The notes under the pieces were generated by a model, which saw only the letters and a list, made by a program, of their open reading frames with translations, made no database searches and was not told where the DNA came from. Position numbers and translations under genes: made by a program. Below, in pieces: positions 19,897 to 27,113 of a stretch of DNA of 64,000 nucleotides; position 1 is the stretch's first letter; every line of letters begins with the position of its first letter. The DNA lies in contig CAKVHQ010000005.1 in NCBI GenBank assembly GCA_934749845.1, positions 17,552 through 81,551 of the forward strand, read 5' to 3'. Source of the stretch: an uncultured Clostridia bacterium. GTDB lineage: Bacteria; Bacillota; Clostridia; Christensenellales; UBA1242.

Positions 19897-19927
19897 TGAA
19901 AAAAGGCTTCAAACAAGCCTTTTTTTT
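19897..19927. terminator. Bidirectional terminator serving the minus-strand 100-aa gene
   Basis: GGCTT-caaac-AAGCC flanked by A6 upstream and T8 downstream. Confidence 0.65.
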
Positions 19928-20228
19928 AACTAAATAATAATTCATCGTTGGAAAGCACAACATTTCTTGAAGCAAGTTCGCCTTTGCAAATTTCAATTTG
20001 TTTTCTTGTTTTAGTAATGTTTGAAGAAACTTCGTTTAATGCAAAAGATGATGAAGATTTGCTGTAAGCAGAACCAAAATTTCTAATTGTTTCAGCATTT
20101 TGTGTTTGCAAATTGTTTGCCATTTCAAGATATCCATCCAAATTGCTTTGAAGGTCATTTAAAGTTGATAAAAGTTGTTCTGTTGATTGTGATTTAATTT
20201 CCTTTCTAAACTTTGTTTTAAAAAACAT
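19926..20228 (-). CDS. Hypothetical protein (100 aa), orphan minus-strand gene
   Basis: Consensus promoter, GGAG SD 9 nt upstream of ATG, terminator downstream. Predicted helical, Ser/Asn/Gln-rich, no TM segment. No family recognised. Confidence 0.65.
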   Translation of the reverse strand: MFFKTKFRKEIKSQSTEQLLSTLNDLQSNLDGYLEMANNLQTQNAETIRNFGSAYSKSSSSFALNEVSSNITKTRKQIEICKGELASRNVVLSNDELLFS

Positions 20229-20240
20229 AATATTTTTCTC

Positions 20241-20281
20241 CTTGTCAATATTATATTTCCAAAAAAGTTGCTTGTCAATAT
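20241..20281. repeat. Two 11-bp direct repeats CTTGTCAATAT spaced 30 bp apart (candidate operator)
   Basis: Copies at 20241-20251 and 20271-20281. One covers the -35 box and the other covers the +1/SD region of the minus-strand gene. Confidence 0.8.
20250..20278 (-). promoter_or_regulatory. Perfect consensus sigma-A promoter for the minus-strand 100-aa gene
   Basis: On the minus strand: TTGACA (20278-20273), 17 nt, TATAAT (20255-20250). Confidence 0.7.
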
Positions 20282-20301
20282 CAAAATTAAAAAATTTTTT
20301 G

Positions 20302-20330
20302 TTGACAAAGCATAAAAATTGGTGTAAAAT
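20302..20330 (+). promoter_or_regulatory. Sigma-A-type promoter of the ylxM-ffh operon
   Basis: TTGACA (20302-20307), 17 nt, TAAAAT (20325-20330). Confidence 0.6.
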
Positions 20331-20366
20331 TCATGTGTAAAGTTAAAATACTTTACTGATAGCATT

Positions 20367-20669
20367 ATGAAACTTGAAAAAGCAATTTATTTAAACCAGT
20401 TATTTGATTTATATGGCACATTGTTAACGGACAAGCAACAACAAATTTTTAAGTGCTACTATTTTGATGATATTAGTTTAAGCGAAATTGCACAAATCAA
20501 TCAAGTGTCAAAACAGGCAGTTAAGGATAGTTTAGACAAAACGGAAAAAATTTTGCGTAGTTACGAAGATAAAATAAAACTACTAGACAAACAACAAAAA
20601 ATTGAAATCGTTTTAAAAGACAAACAAAATTTGCTTGAACAAGTAAAAAGAATTTGGAAGGAGAGTTAG
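20367..20669 (+). CDS. ylxM: YlxM/UPF0122 putative HTH protein preceding ffh
   Basis: 100 aa. Sigma-70 region-4-like HTH (ISLSEIAQINQVSKQAVKDSL). Conserved position immediately upstream of ffh. Confidence 0.85.
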   Translation: MKLEKAIYLNQLFDLYGTLLTDKQQQIFKCYYFDDISLSEIAQINQVSKQAVKDSLDKTEKILRSYEDKIKLLDKQQKIEIVLKDKQNLLEQVKRIWKES

Positions 20670-20670
20670 A

Positions 20671-21987
20671 ATGTCAGCATTTAGTTCACTAAGTGAAAGA
20701 ATATCGCATATTTTTTCTAAACTCACCAAAAGAGGAAAATTAACCGAACTTGAAATAAAAGAGGCAATGAGAGAAATTAGAATTGCACTTTTGGAAGCCG
20801 ATGTTAACTTTTTGGTTGTTAAAGATTTGGTTAATAAAATCTCTGCCAAGGCTGTTGGACAAAAGGTTTTGGAAAGTTTAACCCCTGGTCAACAAGTTAC
20901 TAAAATCGTAAACGAAGAACTTATTGAACTTATGGGAGGAGCAAACTCCAAACTTCAAGTTGCAAGCAATCCACCAACTGTAATTTTAATGTGCGGTTTG
21001 CAAGGTGCAGGAAAAACCACCATGTGTGGTAAACTTGGACTAATGTTAAAAAAACAAGGCAAAAAGCCATTGCTTGTTGGTTGCGACATTTATAGACCAG
21101 CCGCAATAAATCAGTTAAAAGTTGTTGGCAAATCGGTTGACATTCCAGTGTTTGAAAAAGGCACTCAAGAGCCTTCTAAAACCAGTTTGGAAGCCATTGA
21201 CTATGCAAAAAAATACGCTTTAGACACTGTTATTATTGATACAGCAGGAAGATTGCAGATTGACGAAAAGTTAATGCAAGAGTTGAAAGACATTAAAACA
21301 GCTGTAAACCCAACTGAAATTTTGCTTGTAGTTGATAGTATGACTGGTCAAGAAGCAGTTAATGTGGCACAAACATTTAACGAAAGTTTGGATATTTCAG
21401 GTGTTATCTTAACAAAACTTGATGGCGATACCCGTGGCGGTGCTGCATTATCAATTAAAGCAGTAACAGGAAAGCCAATAAAACTTTGTGGTATCGGCGA
21501 AAAAATGAACGACCTAGAACCATTTTATCCAGACCGAATGGCAAGCAGAATACTGGGCATGGGCGATGTGCTAACTTTAATTGAGAAAGCACAACAAGCA
21601 GTAGACGAAAAGCAAATGAAAGAATTTGAAAAAAAATTCAAAGAAAATTCTTTCGATTTCAACGATTTCCTAATGCAATATGAAAATGTCAAAAAAATGG
21701 GCGACTTAAAAGGCTTGCTTGGTATGATACCGGGGCTTGGCAGTAAGTTAAAAAATCTTGATATTGACGAAAAACAAATTGCAAAAAACAAAGCAATCAT
21801 TCAAAGTATGACTGAAAAAGAACGCTCTAATCCCGACTTAATTAAAGCGTCGCAAAGACAGCGTATTGCCAAAGGCAGTGGCTCAACAATTCAAGAAGTA
21901 AATCAACTTTTAAAACAATTTGAACAGACCAAAGAAATGATGAAGCAAATGAAAAATGGAAAAGGTCTAAAAAATTTTAAATTTTAG
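20671..21987 (+). CDS. ffh: Signal recognition particle protein Ffh
   Basis: NG domain (GLQGAGKTT, DTAGR, TKLDGD) and a Met-rich M domain. Confidence 0.98.
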   Translation: MSAFSSLSERISHIFSKLTKRGKLTELEIKEAMREIRIALLEADVNFLVVKDLVNKISAKAVGQKVLESLTPGQQVTKIVNEELIELMGGANSKLQVASNPPTVILMCGLQGAGKTTMCGKLGLMLKKQGKKPLLVGCDIYRPAAINQLKVVGKSVDIPVFEKGTQEPSKTSLEAIDYAKKYALDTVIIDTAGRLQIDEKLMQELKDIKTAVNPTEILLVVDSMTGQEAVNVAQTFNESLDISGVILTKLDGDTRGGAALSIKAVTGKPIKLCGIGEKMNDLEPFYPDRMASRILGMGDVLTLIEKAQQAVDEKQMKEFEKKFKENSFDFNDFLMQYENVKKMGDLKGLLGMIPGLGSKLKNLDIDEKQIAKNKAIIQSMTEKERSNPDLIKASQRQRIAKGSGSTIQEVNQLLKQFEQTKEMMKQMKNGKGLKNFKF

Positions 21988-22047
21988 GTAGTCACACATA
22001 GCAACGCTATGTTTGATATATAAACAAAACAAAAAAGGAGAAAAATC

Positions 22048-22293
22048 ATGGTAAAAATCAGAATGACAAGACTTGGCGATAAAAAATCACCATTTTACAG
22101 AGTGGTTGTTGCTGACCAAAGAAGAGCAAGAGATGGCAAGTTCATCGAACAAATTGGAACTTACAATCCACTTACAACACCAGAAGAAATCAAAATTGAT
22201 GTTGAAAGAGCAAACTATTGGATTAAAAATGGCGCACAACCAAGTGACACAGTTAAAGTTTTACTAAAAAAAGCCGCAGAAAAAGCCGAATAG
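22048..22293 (+). CDS. rpsP: 30S ribosomal protein S16
   Basis: [41 protein letters not shown]... Confidence 0.97.
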   Translation: MVKIRMTRLGDKKSPFYRVVVADQRRARDGKFIEQIGTYNPLTTPEEIKIDVERANYWIKNGAQPSDTVKVLLKKAAEKAE

Positions 22294-22304
22294 GTGGTGG
22301 CATA

Positions 22305-22541
22305 ATGGAAAAATTAGTAAAATATATTGTAGACAATCTTGTTTCTAACAAAGATGCTGTTTATGTAACCGAAGAACCGGGCGACAAGGAAACTGTTATA
22401 AGAGTTGTTGTTGCCAAGGAAGATTTGGGCAAAGTTATCGGTAAAGGTGGCAAAATTGCTCAAAGCATTCGTTCGATTGTTAAAACAGCAGCCGCTGGCG
22501 AAGAAACAAAGACTCGCTACTTTGTTAAGTTTGAAGAATAA
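22305..22541 (+). CDS. khpA: KH-domain RNA-binding protein (KhpA/YlqC)
   Basis: 78 aa with KH GxxG motif VIGKGGKIAQSIR. Conserved position after rpsP. Confidence 0.85.
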   Translation: MEKLVKYIVDNLVSNKDAVYVTEEPGDKETVIRVVVAKEDLGKVIGKGGKIAQSIRSIVKTAAAGEETKTRYFVKFEE

Positions 22542-22569
22542 AACTTTCACATTTTGTGAAGGTTTTTTT
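22542..22569 (+). terminator. Intrinsic terminator after khpA
   Basis: CTTTCAC-atttt-GTGAAGG followed by T7. Confidence 0.7.
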
Positions 22570-22605
22570 ATTCCCATTTTTTATAATAACCATTTATCTT
22601 TATGT

Positions 22606-22634
22606 TTGCAAAAATGGGCTAAATTTGCTAAAAT
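22606..22634 (+). promoter_or_regulatory. Promoter placed for a leaderless transcript of the histidine phosphatase gene
   Basis: TTGCAA (22606-22611), 17 nt, TGcTAAAAT (extended -10, 22626-22634). The ATG at 22641 lies 6 nt after the -10 box with no SD. Confidence 0.45.
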
Positions 22635-22640
22635 AAAGAC

Positions 22641-23177
22641 ATGAAATTATATGTTATGCGTCACGGCACAAGTGTGTGGAACGAGCAAGGAAAAACTCAA
22701 GGACATTCCCAAAACAGATTGAGTAAAAAAGGCAAAGAACTAGTAGAAAATGTTGCAAAAAAGTGTGAAAAAATCAAATTTGACATTATTTTTTGCTCGC
22801 CACTTATGCGTGCTGTTCAGTCGGCAAACATAATGAACAAAAGCCATAAAGTTAAAATAGTTAAAGATGATAGGCTCATAGAAATTGACCAAGGTGTTTT
22901 TACGGGCAGAATTTATGATGAACTCACTCCAAAAGAGTTAGCACAAAAAGAAAGTCGTAGTAGTGCTTATGGAATGGAAAGTTACGAGCATGGATATAAT
23001 AGAGTTAACGATTTTTTAAACGAACTTAAAGGGCTAGATTATGAAAATGTGTTAATTGTTAGTCATCATTTCGTTACTATTTGCATCGACTATATCCTTA
23101 ACAAGAAAGGGGATTTTTCTTTGTTTGAATACAATGGCGATTTTAAAAATGGCGAAATGAAATTGTTTGAAATTTAA
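22641..23177 (+). CDS. Histidine phosphatase family protein (phosphoglycerate mutase-like)
   Basis: RHG catalytic motif (LYVMRHGTSVWN), CSPLMRAVQSA, and the C-terminal VSHH motif. Confidence 0.8.
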   Translation: MKLYVMRHGTSVWNEQGKTQGHSQNRLSKKGKELVENVAKKCEKIKFDIIFCSPLMRAVQSANIMNKSHKVKIVKDDRLIEIDQGVFTGRIYDELTPKELAQKESRSSAYGMESYEHGYNRVNDFLNELKGLDYENVLIVSHHFVTICIDYILNKKGDFSLFEYNGDFKNGEMKLFEI

Positions 23178-23187
23178 CAGCAACCGA

Positions 23188-23216
23188 TTGTTAAGAGAGC
23201 GTTTTTATGTTATAAT
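23188..23216 (+). promoter_or_regulatory. Promoter-like element abutting the rimM start codon
   Basis: TTGTTA (23188-23193), 17 nt, TATAAT (23211-23216). ATG at 23223 with no SD. Confidence 0.4.
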
Positions 23217-23222
23217 AAAAAT

Positions 23223-23720
23223 ATGGAACAAAAAATTTGTATAGGAAAAATTGTAAAAACGATTGGAATTAAAGGCGAAGTTAAAGTTATTGGCTATACA
23301 GACTCGCTTGAACGCTTTAAAACGCTTAAGAATTTTTTTGTTGAAAATGAACTTTATGAGTGCGAAAAGGCTTCAGTTAGAAACGATTTTGTTGCTTTGA
23401 AAATTGCTGGAGTTAATGACCCAAATAAAGCCGAAAAATTTAAAGACAAACTAATTTACGTTGACCGTGAAAACGCCGTTAAACTGGATAAAAATCACTA
23501 CTTTGTTGTAGACTTAATTGGCTGTAATATCGTTGACGAAAACGGCAAACAAATTGGGCTTGTGACCGATGTTGAAAATTACGGAGCAAGCGATATTTTA
23601 GTGTTTACAAATAATGGAAAAGAAAAGCGTGTTCCTTTCATTTTAGATGGCTTTAAATCTATTGATGTTGAAAATAAAACTTTGGTTGCTTTGCCAAGGC
23701 TAATTGAGGTGATAGTGTGA
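23223..23720 (+). CDS. rimM: Ribosome maturation factor RimM
   Basis: 165 aa. N-terminal GKIVKTIGIKGEVKV and a PRC-barrel C-terminal half. Overlaps trmD. Confidence 0.9.
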   Translation: MEQKICIGKIVKTIGIKGEVKVIGYTDSLERFKTLKNFFVENELYECEKASVRNDFVALKIAGVNDPNKAEKFKDKLIYVDRENAVKLDKNHYFVVDLIGCNIVDENGKQIGLVTDVENYGASDILVFTNNGKEKRVPFILDGFKSIDVENKTLVALPRLIEVIV

Positions 23721-24397
23721 GAGTTGATATTTTAACCACTTTTCCAGAAATGTTTGAACCTTTAAAGTGCAGTATTTTGGGAAGAGCCGAAAAAAATGAA
23801 ATATTAAAAATAAATCTCGTTAATATTCGAGATTTCAGCAAAGATAAACACAAAAAAACAGACGACACACCATTTGGTGGTGGAGCAGGCATGGTCATGA
23901 CATGTCAACCTTTGTATGATGCAATAATGAGTGTTAAAACCGATTCATCGCATCTAATTTATATGTCCCCAAAAGGCGAAACTTTGTGCCAAAAACTTGT
24001 TGTTGACCTTTCTAAAAAAGAACATTTAATAATTATTTGTGGGCATTATGAAGGCATTGACGAGCGAATATTGAACATGTTTAATGTTCACGAAATTAGC
24101 ATTGGCGACTATGTTTTAACTGGCGGAGAAATTCCAGCCATGGCACTCGTGGATTCTGTGTCAAGGTATATCGAAGGCGTTTTGTCGTCTGGAAGCACAG
24201 CAGAAGAAAGTTTTTCAAATGGTTTGCTAGAATACCCTCAATACACAAAACCACAAAACTTTATGGGCTATGCTGTTCCAGGTGTTTTGTTGTCTGGCAA
24301 TCATAAGGAAATTGCTTTATGGCGAGAGAAACAGTCACTTGAAATAACCAAACAACGCCGTCCAGACTTATATGAAAAATTTAAGGAGAAAAAATGA
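23717..24397 (+). CDS. trmD: tRNA (guanine37-N1)-methyltransferase TrmD
   Basis: GTG start overlapping the rimM stop. Motifs DDTPFGGGAGMVM, CGHYEGIDER, IGDYVLTGGE. Confidence 0.97.
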   Translation: MRVDILTTFPEMFEPLKCSILGRAEKNEILKINLVNIRDFSKDKHKKTDDTPFGGGAGMVMTCQPLYDAIMSVKTDSSHLIYMSPKGETLCQKLVVDLSKKEHLIIICGHYEGIDERILNMFNVHEISIGDYVLTGGEIPAMALVDSVSRYIEGVLSSGSTAEESFSNGLLEYPQYTKPQNFMGYAVPGVLLSGNHKEIALWREKQSLEITKQRRPDLYEKFKEKK

Positions 24398-25299
24398 TAA
24401 TAAATTGGTACCCAGGGCATATGGACAAGGCCTTGAGAATGATGGAAACTGAACTTGATTTAATTGATGTTGCAGTGTATGTTCTAGACTCTCGTGCGCC
24501 TTTTTCGTGCGTAAATCCTTGCTTTTCGCAACTTTTAAAATCTAAACCCATCGTTTTCGTGCTTAATAAAGCAGATTTGGTTCAAGAAAAAGATTTGCTT
24601 AAATGGCAAAAGTACTTTTCTGGCGAAAATAAAACTTGCATAGTTTTAAACTCAACCGAAAGCAATTCGTCAAAAAAACTGCTAGACGCTATAAAAAATT
24701 TGCATATAAAAAAATTGGTTAAAAACGAAAAAAGGGGAGTTACAATTCCACTTCGTATGATGATTTTGGGTGTGCCAAATTGCGGAAAAAGCACCTTGAT
24801 TAACAATCTTTGTGGCAAAGGCAAAACCATCACGGGCGACAAAGCAGGCGTCACTCGTGGAAAACAATGGGTTAGCGTTGCAAGTAACTTGGAAGTTTTG
24901 GACACTCCGGGAACACTTTGGCCTAACTTGGATAACACAAAAATTGCACATAACTTGGCTTATATCGGTTCAATTAAAGATGATGTTTTGGATATTAGTT
25001 CGCTTGCACTAGACTTTTTGATAGACCTGCTTTGCCTTGATAAGAGCATTTTGGAAAACAGATATAACTTGAAAATTGATTTGTCACCAGTCTTGCATGT
25101 ACTACAGCAAAAGCAAGAACTTGCTGGCGAAATTTACGAGCAGGACGACTTAAAAATGTTTGCACTTGGGCTTTATGAAGATATTTGCATTAAGCGAGGT
25201 TTTATTTTAAAAAATAAGGAATACGACTACGAACGCTGTGCAAAAGCAATTTTAGACGACTTTAGAAAGGGAAGATTAGGAAAAATAATTTTAGACTAA
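24394..25299 (+). CDS. rbgA: Ribosome biogenesis GTPase A (YlqF/RbgA)
   Basis: Circularly permuted GTPase: NKADL (G4) precedes GVPNCGKST (G1) and DTPG (G3). Confidence 0.9.
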   Translation: MIINWYPGHMDKALRMMETELDLIDVAVYVLDSRAPFSCVNPCFSQLLKSKPIVFVLNKADLVQEKDLLKWQKYFSGENKTCIVLNSTESNSSKKLLDAIKNLHIKKLVKNEKRGVTIPLRMMILGVPNCGKSTLINNLCGKGKTITGDKAGVTRGKQWVSVASNLEVLDTPGTLWPNLDNTKIAHNLAYIGSIKDDVLDISSLALDFLIDLLCLDKSILENRYNLKIDLSPVLHVLQQKQELAGEIYEQDDLKMFALGLYEDICIKRGFILKNKEYDYERCAKAILDDFRKGRLGKIILD

Positions 25300-25637
25300 T
25301 GAATACACATATTTTAGGAACAAAAGGCGAAGTTAAAGCAAAAGACTATTTAATTTCTTTGGGCTACAAAATTTTGGAAACCAACTATTCCAACATTATT
25401 GGCGAAATTGATATTATTGCGCAAGACCAAAAAACCATAGTTTTTGTTGAAGTTAAAACAAGAGAAAATTTAAAATTTGGCTATCCACGGGAAGCAGTTA
25501 CTTTACATAAACAAAACAAAATTCACAAAGTGGCAATGGCATACTTAAAGTTTAAACGAAAGCTAAACAGTCCTTTTCGCTTTGATTGTATTGAAATTTT
25601 AGGCGATGAGATAACGCATTTAAAAAACTGCTTTTAA
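25299..25637 (+). CDS. yraN: YraN family (UPF0102) endonuclease-like protein
   Basis: 112 aa with GEIDIIA...VFVEVKTR core typical of UPF0102. Confidence 0.85.
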   Translation: MNTHILGTKGEVKAKDYLISLGYKILETNYSNIIGEIDIIAQDQKTIVFVEVKTRENLKFGYPREAVTLHKQNKIHKVAMAYLKFKRKLNSPFRFDCIEILGDEITHLKNCF

Positions 25638-25651
25638 AGCAGTTTTATTTT
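25624..25651 (+). terminator. Intrinsic terminator overlapping the yraN stop
   Basis: AAAACTGCTT-tta-AAGCAGTTTT followed by a T-rich tract. Confidence 0.7.
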
Positions 25652-25829
25652 TCATTAACCAACATGATTGTTTGAAAAATTATTATTTTTGCTTGAAGAA
25701 GAAAAAAGCAATTTTAGCAAAAAGGCATTAAAGTTGGGCTAAAGTGTGGCGTTGAAATTGCCCTTGAAACGCTGGGGAATAGTTAAACAAAATAAATTAT
25801 AAAATAAATAAAAATTTTTTAAAAAACAC

Positions 25830-25858
25830 TTGCAGTTTGTGCTTTATTATGTTAAAAT
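25830..25858 (+). promoter_or_regulatory. Sigma-A-type promoter of rplS
   Basis: TTGCAG (25830-25835), 17 nt, TAAAAT (25853-25858). Confidence 0.55.
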
Positions 25859-25935
25859 TTGTCGTGCAGTATGAGTGGTCCTCTGCCAACGGTGCAAGAA
25901 CATTTACTGGCAAAATATTTTAAGGAGGAAAAAAC
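25859..25935 (+). promoter_or_regulatory. rplS 5' leader (possible L19 autoregulatory leader)
   Basis: ~70-nt GC-enriched leader (GTCGTGCAGTATGAGTGGTCCTCTGCCAACGGTGCAAG...) before the AAGGAGG SD. An L19 leader motif is known in low-GC Gram-positives. I cannot verify the fold. Confidence 0.3.
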
Positions 25936-26277
25936 ATGAACTTAATTGAAGTAATTGAGAAAGAAAACCTTAAAAAAGAAGTTCCACAATTTAATGTTGG
26001 TGATACCGTTAAAGTATTCGTAAAAGTTGTTGAAGGCGATAAAGAAAGACTTCAAGCATACGAAGGCATTGTAATTGCAAAGAGAAACGGAAGCATTAGA
26101 GAAACATTTACAGTTCGTAGAATTTCTTATGGTATCGGTGTTGAAAGAACTTTCCCACTTCATAGTCCAAGAATTGACAGAATTGAAGTTGTAAGAAAAG
26201 GTAAAGTTGCAAGAGCAAAACTCTACTATTTAAGAGAACGCACTGGTAAATCTGCTCGTGTTAAAGAAGATAGATAG
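25936..26277 (+). CDS. rplS: 50S ribosomal protein L19
   Basis: [44 protein letters not shown]... Confidence 0.97.
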   Translation: MNLIEVIEKENLKKEVPQFNVGDTVKVFVKVVEGDKERLQAYEGIVIAKRNGSIRETFTVRRISYGIGVERTFPLHSPRIDRIEVVRKGKVARAKLYYLRERTGKSARVKEDR

Positions 26278-26322
26278 GTTTTAAACTTTTTCAGCGTGAA
26301 AAAGTTACAAAAAGCGCTGGGG

Positions 26323-26439
26323 ATTGCGATTTCCCCAGACCCTTAAAACGCTTTTTAGAAAGCGAATTATGAGAGAAAATAAGTAAAAGAGTGATTTAAC
26401 TATCACTCTTTTTTGATTTTAAACATTTTAAAATGAATT
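26323..26439 (+). repeat. Direct repeat copy 1 (~117 bp) carrying hairpins and a terminator
   Basis: ATTGCGATTTCCCCAGACCCTTAAAACGCTTTTTAGAAAGCGAATTATGAGAG...AAAATGAATT. Near-identical to 26634-26750 (about 4 differences in my manual alignment). Confidence 0.9.
26385..26415 (+). terminator. Intrinsic terminator (likely rplS terminator) inside repeat copy 1
   Basis: AGAGTGAT-ttaact-ATCACTCT followed by T6, preceded by an A-run. Confidence 0.75.
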
Positions 26440-26633
26440 ATTATTTGTCTATTAAAGAATATATAGAATTTTTCTAAGGAGTGCAAAAAAGGCTGGCAAG
26501 GGGCTTTGCTCCGTAGACATTTTTAAGCGAACCCATTTAGTGAAAGGGACTATTTTTTGGGAAAACGAAAGTTTAGCCATTAGCATTTTTGATGCGTGTT
26601 GGCGTTAAAAACTTTTGTTGTCATTCAAATATA

Positions 26634-26750
26634 ATTGCGATTTCCCCAGACCCTTAAAACGCTTTTTAGAAAGCGGATTATGAGAGAAAAATAAGTAAAA
26701 GAGTGATTTAACTATCACTATTTTTGATTTTAAACATTTTAAAATGAATT
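26634..26750 (+). repeat. Direct repeat copy 2 (~117 bp)
   Basis: Same sequence as copy 1 with 2 substitutions and 2 single-base indels. It lacks the CTGGGGA left arm found upstream of copy 1. Confidence 0.9.
26698..26726 (+). terminator. Weakened terminator hairpin inside repeat copy 2
   Basis: AGTGAT-ttaact-ATCACT followed by aTTTTT. The C-to-A change shortens the stem. Confidence 0.5.
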
Positions 26751-26854
26751 CTTGTTATTGCAATATGCTATGTTGCAAGCAAAAAAACAAAAGTTTAAAG
26801 ATAAATGGATGTTTGAACTATCGTAATTTAATTTATTTTAACAAGTATCTTTAT

Positions 26855-26889
26855 AAAACCTATTGCGTGATATTCGTGATAGGTTTTTT
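26855..26889 (+). terminator. Terminator-like hairpin in the non-coding region
   Basis: AAAACCTAT-15nt-ATAGGTTTT followed by TT. It lies inside the doubtful 81-aa ORF. Confidence 0.45.
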
Positions 26890-27113
26890 ATTGCATATTT
26901 TAAAAAGTAAAAGCGTTAAAAATCCTAAAAAGGTGGTTGAAAAAACAATGATTAGCAAAAGTAATGTTTTGTTAAAAATTTCATTTTAAAGTTAATTAAA
27001 TATGTTAATTGTTTTTTTGCATTTGTCGCAAAACACTCAAAGGTTACTTAATTACCGAAATTTATTTTTTTTAATTAAAGTTTTATGATAAAATAACTAG
27101 TTAGGAGAAATTT

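Noticed and set aside
19926-20228. Assigning the 100-aa helical protein to the WXG100/ESAT-6 family on the basis of size and a central turn.
   Set aside because: The central segment reads NFGSAY with no W-x-G motif. No type VII secretion genes are nearby, so the evidence is insufficient.
22073-22267. Alternative-frame ORFs nested in real genes on the same strand: 22073-22267 in rpsP; 5901-6116 and 6019-6234 around tgt; 35450-35743 and 35981-36199 in hslU; 53206-53493 in infB; 57009-57230 in efp.
   Set aside because: They are out of frame with well-supported conserved genes and have no independent signals.
26369-26386. Mini-ORF ATGAGAGAAAATAAGTAA (MRENK) inside the 117-bp repeat, considered as a leader peptide.
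   Set aside because: It has no SD. The reading frame is not conserved in copy 2, where a 1-nt insertion gives MREK-stop.
26461-26633. Unique ~195-bp core between the direct repeats, considered as 6S RNA, SRP RNA or another known ncRNA.
   Set aside because: I could not recognise any conserved motif (for example the SRP domain IV). The size is compatible, but there is no positive evidence. It is left as an open question under findings.
26744-26989. 81-aa ORF with a Cys-rich N-terminus (MNSCYCNMLCCKQ...), considered as a possible small peptide or RiPP precursor.
   Set aside because: Its ATG lies inside repeat copy 2 with no SD. The same ATG in copy 1 opens only a 14-codon frame. The ORF spans a terminator-like hairpin (26855-26889) and is AT-driven low complexity. 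It is most likely non-coding.
26936-26989. 13-codon ORF MISKSNVLLKISF preceded by AAAGGTGG.
   Set aside because: The SD-to-ATG spacing is long (11 nt), there is no supporting context, and the ORF is too short to evaluate.
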